Source: Veleropilina oligotropha (lineage: Eukaryota). From it: a DNA stretch of 64,000 bases. Positions 34,140-46,655 of the stretch are shown here, piece after piece. Made by a program: the position numbers and the translations under genes. Position 1 is the stretch's first letter. Each line of letters starts with the position of its first letter. The notes below the pieces were generated by a model. It searched no databases. It was given only the letters and a program-made list of their open reading frames with translations, and had not been told where the DNA came from. Where the stretch lies: positions 62,001-126,000 of the forward strand of contig JBEUKZ010000038.1 of NCBI GenBank assembly GCA_048128005.1. Direction: 5' to 3'.

Positions 34140-37100
34140 GAACTGGACGTTATAATATTATTGCTAATTATATAATATTAAACTAATTACTGTACCTTAC
34201 AAAGTGAATTTCTGACTGAACATTTGACCCGGACTGTTGCCATATTGTTTTAAACATCTTCATTTCCTGTACCTACTCAACGAATGTTGGCACATGCTGT
34301 ATAAAATCTGTCTCTAATACAGGAATAATTTTATGATATCTACCCTTGCAGAATGCTTTGATGTTATATCTAGTAAAATTGTTAGACGCAAAATTATCAG
34401 CTTTTCGGTTAATGTGATAGAAGCTAAATAATCATTTCCGAGAAATTATTTTAATTTGGGAAATAATTGAATGATATGTCTCCAGAAATAGGTGTCTGGA
34501 TCTGAGACAGAGGCGTGTGATAAGAATTTCCCAGTAAACAAGATGTTTTCTACTGCGTTCATCGTGATTTTGTTAATGAGTAATGGCAGGTATATAGCGG
34601 CCAGTTATTTTTATGGAGATCAGTGGGGAATGCTTAATTTTATCTACTCTCAAGGGAATCATTAAATGTGTTGATTAATTGGACACGATAAGCAGAATTT
34701 GGCATTACTGTTGCGCAAGGATTTATATTTGCCATATGCGATTGGCTTCCTTCCGCATGTGTTCTATAATCTCTACCAGGATCATGTGAGAAATCTAGCA
34801 TAACACATGAACACAAGCAAGCCATATCCGTTATGATGTTGGTGCGGGATTGAGTAGAAATAATGCCATTGTGTGTATGATAGTCAATTGGATATTGTCG
34901 AGTATGCTGTTTAATTCGATTCAATTTTAATTTTAAGATCATGTTTCTTCAGCCGTGTCTGTAGTCTAAACGTCGGTTTGACATCGCCATTAGAAAGATG
35001 GGTAACTGTGTTTTAAATAACGTATCCTTTTATACATTTTTAGACTAAGCCGTGTAACCAGCATCCAGGAAATAGAAATCTCATCTTTTTGTCCACATTA
35101 ATCATTTTACAAGGCTCTGTCAGTTGAGCTATCAAGGACAGTTTCAAGTTTAATGTAGAGAGTGGAAACGTTAATGGTATCATATTATAATATCTTTCCT
35201 GATTGATTGCGTATTTTTCATCAACTCATATGATATCAATTTGCTACTCTTTTTATTCAAAGTAACAATATATAATAAGCTGTGCGCAAATGCCTTTATG
35301 ACCAAGGATAGTTGACCGGGCTTATTTCACTGAAATTCGTTATTTTGTTTTACATCATATTGACAATTCTTCTGTCGTATTGAAATCGGAACCTCGATTT
35401 ACCATCTTCGTTTGAAGAACGAGTAAGTTTTTAAGCCATTATTTTATTAGTTGCATATAATCGTTGCAGTAAACCAAATGCAAGACAATGGGATTTGAAC
35501 TTTGAACGTAACAAAAATATAGTTCTCTTTGTGTCACTTCACTTGCATCTAAATGGATACAATATGATGATACAAGCATAATAAATAAGGTGTTTTCATA
35601 ATGCCTGCATCTAAATTCTATGTTGGCCATCGATCTTATATTACTAGTTAGACATTAATCGCTGCTTATAATAATCATATGCAGATGCCTGCAGCGGCGG
35701 AAAGACATAATCAGCGTTAAACCATATTTGAATTTCACACAACATTAATTATGGAAAATCATCATTAAAATCGAATAGCACCTTATTATTGGGTAATATG
35801 TCATGCACATCTCGAGGCATTATATGGAACAATTAGTTCAAAAGGAATACATTTGGAATTACTTTCTAAAATTTAGGTTTATAGTTTTTATAGATAGCCT
35901 GGACTTGTTAGAAGAATGCTTATTTAAAATTATTTATGACCGATTCGCAAACAGGTAATAACCGTGTCATTGTGGTTACATTTGTGTGTAACGTGCTTGA
36001 AATCGCAGATGCACCAATCTCTTTTTATACCACACAACCATAAACGATTCTTCAAAGCTCAAACTAATAGCCTTGGACTGCAGTCTAATTGAACCCTAAG
36101 TTGATGTATAAATCTGACAATATTAAACAGCACAGTTCTAAGCAATCAAATTCCTACTTCGAATGTGCATGCGATGTTTGCTTTGCGGCTGCACATGGGT
36201 ACCGCTCTATGTGAATCAGCCAGGTACTTGACCACTGGTCAAACAGAGCCTGCTTTATGGCATTTACAGAGGATGATGCTGGCCGCTTTGCTGCAGTTGA
36301 CATAGTGGACTTAGATGACCAGCAAAGACACAGTAGTCAAAATCAATTATACCCGGCTGGGAAAACACACCGCGAATAGGTCAATATTTAAAGGTATAAT
36401 TGATTCATTAGCGGTGATCAAAGAGCCCAGCACAAGTGCAATATGGACTCTTAAACTTGTAAATGTTGTCTCGAGTACAGCACAAAGCTGTTGATGTTTG
36501 TTGTAATTTAGTGAACTACTGGATTCCCAGATCGACTTCCTGTTCCTGGTCACTCTGTGTAAAATACACACCAATCATTGTTATATTTATTACCAATATA
36601 TATCAAATACGACGATGCTATACAACAATTATTTACATATTGCACCACATTGTGAGAATATCAGGTCTTACACAAACATACTCTTGTTGTTTCTTTTGTG
36701 ATATGGTATCTTTTGTCTTGTAGCATCAGCATCAGCATCAGCATCGTTATATAAATCATGCATCTGAAAGTGTATCCAACTCAAATTTATACCAAATGCC
36801 ACATTTTAAATGTGGTATTTGGTATTTGGGTTTGATACACTTTCAGATGCCAGCTGCACATATCGTTCCACTGTTACAATACACTTCAAAAACACACAGT
36901 CAGCAGCGTCTCACATTGTTGAAATAGACCATTAGTAATGCACATGGTTTCAATTTTAAATTAGCGTTTGCTGATTAATTTTAAATTAAGTATCTGTGGA
37001 GGTTGCTTGTTGCTCTAATCTTTTTGTCATAATGGTTAGTAGTTTTTATGGTAAGGGACTGTTAGATCTAGAGCCAGGTATAAATTGGAATTAACATGTC

Positions 37101-37505
37101 CTGCAAAAAATGGTCCAATTACAAGTGACAACTAGCAAAACAAATGTAATTGATTATAGTTTATATATAACTATAAAGTGTATTTTCGTCTACTTCTATG
37201 GCTGTTTTTCTGATGTTTTTATGTTGTTGATTCTGTGATTGAATTAAGTCCTTGAGATCTCTTCTTAACTCTAACACTGTGAGGTTCTGCAGTATTTAAC
37301 TGTGAAGTGCTGCAATCACAGCTGACGACAGGATATCATTAGCTGCATATCAGGGAGATTCTGTTCATCTTCAAAATGTACAAATTTTTATATGGCACAT
37401 AAAAGTGGGGACATTTGTTTAATCCTCTTCATATTGGGTCATGTGGGCGAATGGATGTGCTAGCTAGTATTATGACGAGTCAAATATTATATGTTAACAA
37501 TGTAA

Positions 37506-38233
37506 ATTTGTGCTATCAGACAATAAGACATGATGATGACTACATATTTAATACTAAATTGAATACAAAAATGAACCTATTTATATAAACATACACATTA
37601 GATTGGCATCAAGGGGGCAAACCATCTGACATGAGCAGCATGAGATTATACGTGAATAATCGACTGTGTGAGCTCGAGTAAAGCCCTCGAACAAAGAGCA
37701 GCGCTACTGCTCACCCGACTGAGGTAACCGTGGTAGCCAGCAGTGGGTTTTAAGATGCGGTAGAAATGAACAGCGTTGCTGCTCTCCCGAATGAGACCAC
37801 CGGGGGCAGTCAGCAATGGGTTTTAAGATGCGGTAGAAAAATGAACAGCGTTACTGCTCACCCGAATGAGACCACCGGGGGCAGTCAGCATTGGGTTTTA
37901 TACTGCGACGAAAAAATGAGCAGCGTTACTGCTCACCCGAAATGAGACCACCGGGGCAGTCAGGATTGGGTTTTATACTGCGACGAAATATGAACAGCGT
38001 TACTGCTCACCCAAATGAGACCACCGGGGCAGTCAGGATTGGGTTTTATACTGCGACGAAAAATGAACAGCACGGCTGCTCACCCGAATGAGACCACCGG
38101 GGCAGTCAGCACTGGGTTTTATAACACGTGATACATGAACAACGCGATGTTGATTATGCCATTGCTCGATTAAACAAAGGCCAGTTTCTTGGGGGATATT
38201 ATGCAATCCCAGAAATGTTGATTGAATAAACGC
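37506..38233 (-). repeat. Ngaro B2 repeat containing six ~74-bp tandem units
   Basis: Matches 39183-39910 at offset 1677; units at about 37696, 37768, 37843, 37918, 37992 and 38065. Confidence 0.92.
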
Positions 38234-39182
38234 AACACGATGCAGGACGTTAGCGACGATTATGGAAATGCTATCTGATGTCAGGTAGAGTGCCCCAATA
38301 AGACAGAGCATGGAAACATGAAATATGGAACGGTAGATAATGAGAAAAATAGCAGCAAGTAAAGCAAGTACATATATGATATTTGAAATGTGATGTGTAC
38401 AGTGCAAAACATTATCAAGCAGAAGCGTGAATATACGAAATGAGAAATACTGGTAAACAAACTGAATAAAGCGGGCATATATTAGTAACATATCTTTATA
38501 CAGCTCAAGTAAAATGTATGTGGCGCATGCAAACGAAATTTGACAAGGAGAAAAAGTCGGGCTGCATGGTGTTAGGAAAAAGTAATGGTCACTGGGGTTG
38601 TTTAATATCGTACGCAAAAAGAGATAATTAAGCTGGCAGAAACATGGATGAACTATAATGGCCACTGGCGTGCCTCAATATGCCGGTGACTGGTGAAACA
38701 TATGGAACCGGACACAGATGACCGAAACATGCCAGACTGCCGTTTAGAAGGTAGATGACATGGATAAACGACATCAGCGATGTCACTTATTTTAGTGCAG
38801 TCAACAGTGAAATATATAGATATGGACTGGTATGACTGAAAAACTGTGCGACCTCCTGCAGGAAGGAAGGTGGCGGGGATGGAGGTGGTAGAATTTACAT
38901 GTTAATATTGAACTGTGTTAGCGAGCGTAAAATCCTATGAAAGGCGGGCATAAAGATCCTTTGTTGAAAACAAAGCAACGAATCTCCTAAAATTATCGAG
39001 AATGAGGCTCATGAATAAAGATTCCTTTGTCTGGCTAGGCACTAGTGAATTATGGGATATAGTGCAAAGTGCATAAACTATAGTCTGTTTCCTTTATAGG
39101 GATGTAAGAATATTATAATACAATTAGTTGGTGGTTATAGTCTGTATCACAAACCCTATTTAATGAATATCATTAAATAATC

Positions 39183-39910
39183 ATTTGTGCTATCAGACAA
39201 TAAGACATGATGATGACTACATATTTAATACTAAATTGAATACAAAAATGAACCTATTTATATAAACATACACATTAGATTGGCATCAAGGGGGCAAACC
39301 ATCTGACATGAGCAGCATGAGATTATACGTGAATAATCGACTGTGTGAGCTCGAGTAAAGCCCTCGAACAAAGAGCAGCGCTACTGCTCACCCGACTGAG
39401 GTAACCGTGGTAGCCAGCAGTGGGTTTTAAGATGCGGTAGAAATGAACAGCGTTGCTGCTCTCCCGAATGAGACCACCGGGGGCAGTCAGCAATGGGTTT
39501 TAAGATGCGGTAGAAAAATGAACAGCGTTACTGCTCACCCGAATGAGACCACCGGGGGCAGTCAGCATTGGGTTTTATACTGCGACGAAAAAATGAGCAG
39601 CGTTACTGCTCACCCGAAATGAGACCACCGGGGCAGTCAGGATTGGGTTTTATACTGCGACGAAATATGAACAGCGTTACTGCTCACCCAAATGAGACCA
39701 CCGGGGCAGTCAGGATTGGGTTTTATACTGCGACGAAAAATGAACAGCACGGCTGCTCACCCGAATGAGACCACCGGGGCAGTCAGCACTGGGTTTTATA
39801 ACACGTGATACATGAACAACGCGATGTTGATTATGCCATTGCTCGATTAAACAAAGGCCAGTTTCTTGGGGGATATTATGCAATCCCAGAAATGTTGATT
39901 GAATAAACGC
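39183..39910 (-). repeat. Ngaro B1 repeat
   Basis: Direct copy of 37506-38233. Confidence 0.92.
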
Positions 39911-40035
39911 CAAAATGAGTATGCATGTTTGCAGACGTAATGCCCCCAAGAAAGGAAAGTAAAAACAAATACATATATATGCAAGGAAAACGTAATCTAT
40001 GAATAACCATACCATATTCTAAATAGTAAAAAAGT

Positions 40036-40430
40036 CTATACAAAACCATCCGATAGAGACATCGCGCGTTGAGCGGATGCGACTAGAGTGGGTGGAGTCC
40101 TGATATATCGTGAGTAGCTATCAGAGGTCCAGCGTCCTAATGTTTTTATCAGATGGTCAGGCACATGCGCCTGTGCCGCAGAGGTAGCAGCACCGATGCG
40201 GAACGAATGTCCACTGTATGCGGTAGGATTGTGGTTAAGTGTTTGAAGAAGCAACTTAAGTTTCGAGATAAACACTGTCCTGGTGAGAGCGACGTGATTG
40301 TCCGATACGAACAGAGGGTCTTGTAACGAATGATGTATATATACCTGGTCCGCGACTGAAGGTACTTCCGTAATGAAGAAATAGGGCATAATGACGAATT
40401 AGCGTATAGAATCACCGGGACACCTTTCCG
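40036..40430 (-). pseudogene. Tyrosine recombinase C-terminal fragment, frameshifted
   Basis: LCPISSLRKYL in one frame, then PLF...YSGHSFRIGAATSAAQAHVPDHLIKTLGRWTSDSYSRYIR (HxxR, W, Y), the Ngaro-type signature. Confidence 0.9.
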
Positions 40431-40584
40431 GTATTATGACGAGTCAAATATTATATGTTAACAATGTAAATGGTTATTAGGACATCATTTAGGAATGGAG
40501 TGCTTTTAATTTTATATGATGCTTGTTACTCTTAAAGGACCATATATGTCTAACAATCAAGATTTGCTATTTTCATGATTATTG

Positions 40585-40745
40585 GTTGAGCGGATACGAG
40601 TAACGGTACCCAATTCACTCGCCAGACTGCCACAAGAGTGGGTTCGAATCTTCAGCGCGTCACTGACCAGTGCGAGTGGGTTTTCCTCTCATGGTATTTT
40701 GGACATATCCTGGTATTATTGCGAATGGTATTTATCGCTGCATCT
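40585..40745 (+). mobile_element. Possible degenerate tRNA-derived SINE
   Basis: tggttgagcgg (A-box-like) and ggttcgaatc (B box, ~40642), followed by gtgggttttcctc. Confidence 0.35.
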
Positions 40746-43214
40746 TTCTGAAACAATCTTATATCAGACAGAAGACATCTGATGATGGGAGGGAGATAAT
40801 ATTTTTAACCTTTTCTGTCATCAGGCTTTTAGAGATGTTCAATCTTTATAGATATATTAGGTAAATCCTTAAATTAACTGACATAGCATTCATTTGATTC
40901 ACTAAAATATGTTTGCAAGTTGTTATATTAAGGAAGTCTAAAATTAAGAGTCTTGTAATTCACTCTTCATTTATTTACTTCCATCGGAATTTCTGTACCA
41001 CATCTAACATCTGGCTTTGATGTTCTGTTTTCTACTACTTCAATGCCTGCAACTTCACCATTACTGATTATCATTGATGGTAAGGGATTATAACAGATCA
41101 TGCATATGGTGATATAATTAAGTTTATGAAATCTGTACCTGTGCACAGCACTAAATTGAGAAAATGTTCCTATTTCACATTATATTTTATTGCCCCATGG
41201 ATGTTGATTATGATAGGGTTGAAAATAATACATGTATAAACATCATTTATCATAAAAATTGAATTTTAGCTGTATCAAGTAATTAAAAATTAAGTTATAT
41301 TTTAAGGTCATGCATCAGATTGAAATGTTTGAGACACATCTTTGTTTAAATACTATATATTTTAATGGATTTCTGGTATTTTATATAATGTGATATACAA
41401 TTAAGAAAAGTTAAATGAATTATATTACACTAATAAATTGACAGCATACGTCTGCTATAGCTATTGAATTTGTGTAGATTGTATTGAAGATCAGATTGCT
41501 GTTGTTATTCGGTTGAGTCAGCAAATTACGATAATATGCATGCATTCTTTCTGTACTTTATAACATATATCTACACTATCCCAACGGCATCATATTTGTT
41601 TGCTGTCTGCTGCTCTGAAGTCATCGTTGCCATTACATTGTGCTGTCCATCTTTTGACGGATGCTGGCACTGGGGTACACATTTCCACTTAACGTTGTTT
41701 CTATTTACTTTTCATGATAACATCGTTATCAATCATTTCCCTAATGCAGAGCGCTTATTCCTTGTAGAACGTGGATGAATTGATTCGAACATTCACTATT
41801 TATACAAACACCATAATAGCATTTGAATTTGTAATGTGTACTCATTCAACACCATTTTGAAAGGCAATATTGCCTGAATTGTTCTTCGGACCAGGCCATT
41901 TTTCTCTGGCAAACATAATGAATTTAATTTCCTTTTGCCGCTACGCCGATATTGATAGAGAATTATGGCAACATGCAAGCTGCTTTTGACAGCCGTATTG
42001 ATTGCTAACGAAAATTGAGTTAAAATCGTGATCATTGGACATAATGTCTGCTCGTTAATTTTCATATGTTTTATATCAATATCAGATAAATTTGTTTCTT
42101 TTCTCATTTGTAACTTTTATTAGTGCAATGTGGATCAGAGGTTGCAATAATTAATATAGGATGTCTGGCGTTGGTGGGAACACTGGCGCTGCTGGTTGCG
42201 GAGCTGGCGCGATTCTTTAAGGAGCGGCAATCAGTGAGTGACCAGCAGCTTAGCGGGCGCTGTATCGTCACTTGGTTGAATAACATTTTCCTTATTTTCA
42301 CAGAATTTTATGCATTAGTAATAGTTTATGCTAAAGGACAAAATTAACTGAAATATAAATTCTCATAATAGTGCTGAAGTAAACAATTCTCTGGTTTAAT
42401 GAACAATTATTTGAACGATTTAATGCTGTAATGAACAACTTGAACGAAAAAAGGATTTATCTCAGACTACATACAGTATATACTATTAAATAATAATAAT
42501 TTCCTAAAAAGTTATTAATTTAAAAGGGACTAAATCTCGTTATCCTTAGGATATGGATGAAATTGTTACTTTATAATTTGTAATTATATGAATTAATATT
42601 TTATGGCGTTTTATAAAATAATTCTTTTTAGGACATGCCCTTCTGCCAGATATCTTATTGGCAATAAGATACAAGATAATTAAAGGAAAGGGTAATTGAA
42701 ATGTCAGAATTTTATCAATACACTAGGGCAAATGTTAAGTAAATTTCTTTGTGCATGATGCACAAAGAAATATTGGCTTTCAGTAACTGTATATTAATTG
42801 AGGATTCGGTGTGTTCCTCAGGTAAAAGTAGTATTAATATCAAGCCTGCTGTCATTGATTTGAGAAACAAGTTATTTAGTGGCTAAAATTTCCCTAAATT
42901 AATAGGCTTTAAATGCATGCAACGACCACGGTTGTATGTAGCTGCAATTATAGCTAAGCACCCCACTAGCAACGCGATTAGTATATACCAGTACATGGAT
43001 AAAGCTGGATAAAGATATCGATGTCCTCTCCAATAACCAACTTTGACAGCAATTGAGAATGGTTATTATTATATTATAAGGTATTATTCTATTAATTAAT
43101 CATTTAATGTCACTTGTAAATTTTGCATTAATCTAAAGTTTCAATGCATTGATCTGTAATTGTTCTACAGCGAAAGGAAGGGTGTGAGAAATTGTAGATG
43201 CTTTTAGGTTTTTT

Positions 43215-43605
43215 AGCCCCCCCCCCCCCCCCCCAAAAAACAATATCTTGGTTCCTGTTACATTTCTCATAAAAATTAGAATAGGCATAGGTAGGCAAAT
43301 ATATTTTGGTGGGAAATATTTTTATATACATCGTAACATGCATGTATAGAAGAAAGACAAATATGTCATACGGTAATATGCAGGTTCAAATCCACACCAG
43401 TGTGGCTCAAACCAATCCTCAAACTAATACACACCAGTGTGGCTCAAACTAATGCTTAAAACAGAAGGTATGGCATTAACTTGAGGGTAAACAGACATAA
43501 TTGAAAAGTTAAAAAAATATAAATCACTAATAAAAATATTGGGTAGGGGAAAAAATTGTAGGTATAGGGTCGGGTAATAGGAACCAATGCATTTTTTTGG
43601 CCCTA
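43215..43605. mobile_element. Possible MITE (Zator-like)
   Basis: Degenerate inverted ends aaaaaa...ttggttcctgttac / gtaataggaaccaa...tttttttggcc. Confidence 0.4.
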
Positions 43606-43656
43606 GCTCTACTGTGACGTAGTCAGTGGAGCTTCACTGATGCTGACTTAGTTGTT

Positions 43657-43920
43657 GGTGGAGGAGGAATGATGCTTAATGTCCTGTATATTTACAACAT
43701 CGAGGTTCAAGGCAGGACATGTCCATGTTATCGCGGGAGGAAACCCCAGTCGCCCGGGTAAACCCGCCCTCTTTGGCCAGTCACGGACAACTGTGATTCA
43801 TAACTTCAACAAATTTCAATGCCTCTGCCAGGTATTCAACCCACTACTGTTCGCATTAGCGGAATCAAGCCAGTGAATTTAGAGTGGACACTCGACCCAC
43901 TGCCCTGCCGAAGCGGCCCT
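43657..43920 (-). mobile_element. Family-1 SINE
   Basis: Full copy on the minus strand; TSD cttagttgtt (43647, 43921). Confidence 0.9.
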
Positions 43921-43976
43921 CTTAGTTGTTCGTCTTTAGTTGTTAAACTCATAATCATGTAAGTCATTGCTAAAGA

Positions 43977-44246
43977 GGCCGCTTCGACGTGCAGTGGTAT
44001 GGTTGTGGATTCCTAAAATCACTGACTTGTTTCCGCTGATGCGAACAGTAGTGGGTTCGACCCCCGGCTGAGGCATCACACATTTGTTCAAGTTATGAAG
44101 CACAGTTGTCCGTGACTGATCGAAGAGGGCAGGTTTATCCGGGCGACCGGGCTTTCCTCCCGCGATAATACGGACATGTCCTGGTTTGAACCAAATGATG
44201 GTTGGAAATATACAGGACATTAAGCATCGATCCTTTTCTTTCCTTC
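43977..44246 (+). mobile_element. Family-1 SINE (variant subfamily)
   Basis: ggccgcttcgacgtgcagtgg...ggttcgacccc; TSD cattgcta(a/ta)aga (43965, ~44248). Confidence 0.88.
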
Positions 44247-45127
44247 CATTGCTATAAGAACTGATCATAAATTTACATCTGGTTGCAAATCTATGCAGAC
44301 AAAACTAGTTTTGTAACTCGTCAATCAATTCTAGGAAGTGAATTTATTTAACGCTTATGTTTGTTTGCAGATCACCTATCTTTAACCTGTTTTCCAATGG
44401 GTTATTTAAATAAATCTGCTAATTTCTCGTTGCTGATTTCAATTACCGATTGTGCCTGTCTGCGGCTCTCCCCCTGCTTGCATGGTGCGCAGTTGTTCTC
44501 AATAGATCTATTTAACTTAATTGGAACTCTGCTCTTTTGGTTTTCCCAAAGCCCAAATTACTGTCTACCCAATACAGGGTATGCCATCAGTCCATCAATG
44601 TTATTACCTGTAATGACACAATTTAATTTGTTGGTGTCTGGGCTATTATCCATGTCGCTGACAGATTCGTGTATGGTTGCCAAATAGGATCCCATTATCT
44701 GATGTTTTGAATACTTCTTGTCATGAAATCCTTGAACGAAAATAGAAATGTTGCCATTCCTGCAGTCTGTTAAAGACATTATTATCCCCGTTAGTGGCCT
44801 AGTTCGAAAATAAATATGTTATGACTAGTTAAGTTTAAAATCTTTTGTAAGGATATGGTGCGGCCATTGCCAGGGGTGATTAGCAACTGTATAAAGAATC
44901 AATTTCAAAGAAGACATTTAGCATTCTATAAATGAAATCTCTGATTTGGCACCTGAGATAGTCAGTCTTAAAATAGTTCTAGAGTGTTGTTGAAGCCATT
45001 GTATTTGGACAGGTTAAATGCTGTCAATTTTGATCAGACTCATTAACTTGTCAGTGTAATGATACATTGAAATATTTGAACATGTTCCTATTTTGGCAAA
45101 TCAAGGTGAATACAACAGTCGAAAGCC

Positions 45128-45212
45128 AATAATGTATATACCGGACAATAATGTATAAACCGGACAATAATGTATAAACCGGGACAATAATGTATATACC
45201 CGGACAATAATC
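45128..45212. repeat. ~21-bp minisatellite, about 4 copies
   Basis: ataatgtata(t/a)accggaca repeated. Confidence 0.8.
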
Positions 45213-46404
45213 ATGGACACGATACTTATGTATTGTTGTGTCCATAAATATTTTTTGTGCACACTCGACAGTCAACAGTTAAAATCTGATATGCTTAAAA
45301 TTTGGTACATTGTATGCACATTAGCTGTGATGAGGTCACGACCATAAACTATTTTTGACATATGAACATGAAAACAGTTTGGAAAGTAGTGTTGGAAAAA
45401 AACAAACGGTCCATAGCGTAACAGATTTCTTCATAATCCACTTTTTGTTCAAATTAAAATCTCGAGCCAGCTATTTCCTGCAATACACAACACAGAGACC
45501 GCCCTAGCCGCTCGCCAAACGTGCATTTGTGCTAAAAATGGCTATTTTTTGGCACGCCTATAAACGATATGATAAAGGAAAAAACTACTTTTGTTTTTCG
45601 TTTCAGTTCAAATACTTTAATACAACTCCTAATCTTTGCGTCGCCACGACCATTATCAAATGTAATCCGCCATTGTTGGTACCGACATTTTTGTGCTCTC
45701 GCAGCGAGTGTATCGATTATACTCTGTATGTTTCCGTACAATGCCGAGACGCGATTTCGGAAGCATTCGTTGTTCGCTTACTGCTAATCGCAGTCGTATT
45801 TATCGTCGGTCATTTTCGACATATTCCGGATTTAATGACGAAAATATTGCGACTTTCATGCTTACCGCACCAATATTATTTACTTCTTTAGCGCGAAGAA
45901 ATGAATATGTAAACACGAGCAAATAATAGTTTTACTAACTATTAAAGTAAGTTGTATATTAAATTATAATAAGATTAAAAGGTTAATTAATATATACACA
46001 TAGTCGCATTGAATTTCTGTAGCAAGGGAGATAATTTAGTTTGACGGCTTCAGTAAAGTAGGAAATATCATGACATTAATTTTGAAAGGTGAAAGTAGAT
46101 TCCGAAATAAGACTTAGATATGCATATCTGAACAATAATATTAAATTTTCACTAGCACATAGTGAAATATTTATTGAATAAATGTTATTTTGCTTTTTTT
46201 TTAAATTGAACTATTTTGCAAACTTTTATATTTACAACTAGCCCTGAGATTATTTAATTTAATTTTTATTTGCTTCCATTTTATCTATACTTGTCACATA
46301 TGTAGTAAATTTAATATTGTTTAATTATAATATATCTAACATTTTTGCTGACCTTATATTGGTGAAATTGTTCTTTTTATTAACATTTTAAGACTATAGA
46401 CCGG

Positions 46405-46655
46405 GTAGCGCAGTGGGTAAGAGTGTCCACTCTAAATTCACTGGCTTGATTCCGCTAATGCGAACAGTAGTGGGTTCAATACCTGGCAGAGGCATTGACA
46501 TTTGTTCAAGTTATGAATCACAGTTGTCCGCGACTGGCCGAAGAGGGCAGGTTTACCTGGGCGACCGGGGTTTCCTCCCGTGATAACACGGACATGTCCT
46601 GCCTTGAACCTCGATGTTGTAAATATACAGGACATTAAGCATCATTTCTCCCTCC
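46405..46655 (+). mobile_element. Family-1 SINE
   Basis: gtagcgcagtgg...ggttcaatacc...; 11-bp TSD ctatagaccgg (46394-46404, 46656-46666). Confidence 0.9.

Larger units (their letters stand above)
37506..40430 (-). mobile_element. 3' portion of a Ngaro-type YR retrotransposon (YR end - B1 - A2 - B2), 5'-truncated
   Basis: YR C-terminus, then two apparently identical 728-bp direct repeats (39183-39910, 37506-38233) separated by ~950 bp of unique sequence, matching split-direct-repeat architecture. Confidence 0.85.

Noticed and set aside
37696..38125. CRISPR-like array
   Set aside because: The units are wholly repeated with no unique spacers, there are no cas genes, the context is eukaryotic, and the array lies in a retroelement repeat.
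42123..42347. Possible exon or signal-peptide ORF (GCLALVGTLALLVAELARF)
   Set aside because: Weak acceptor and no EGF or other recognisable motif; the flanking EGF exons join in frame without it.
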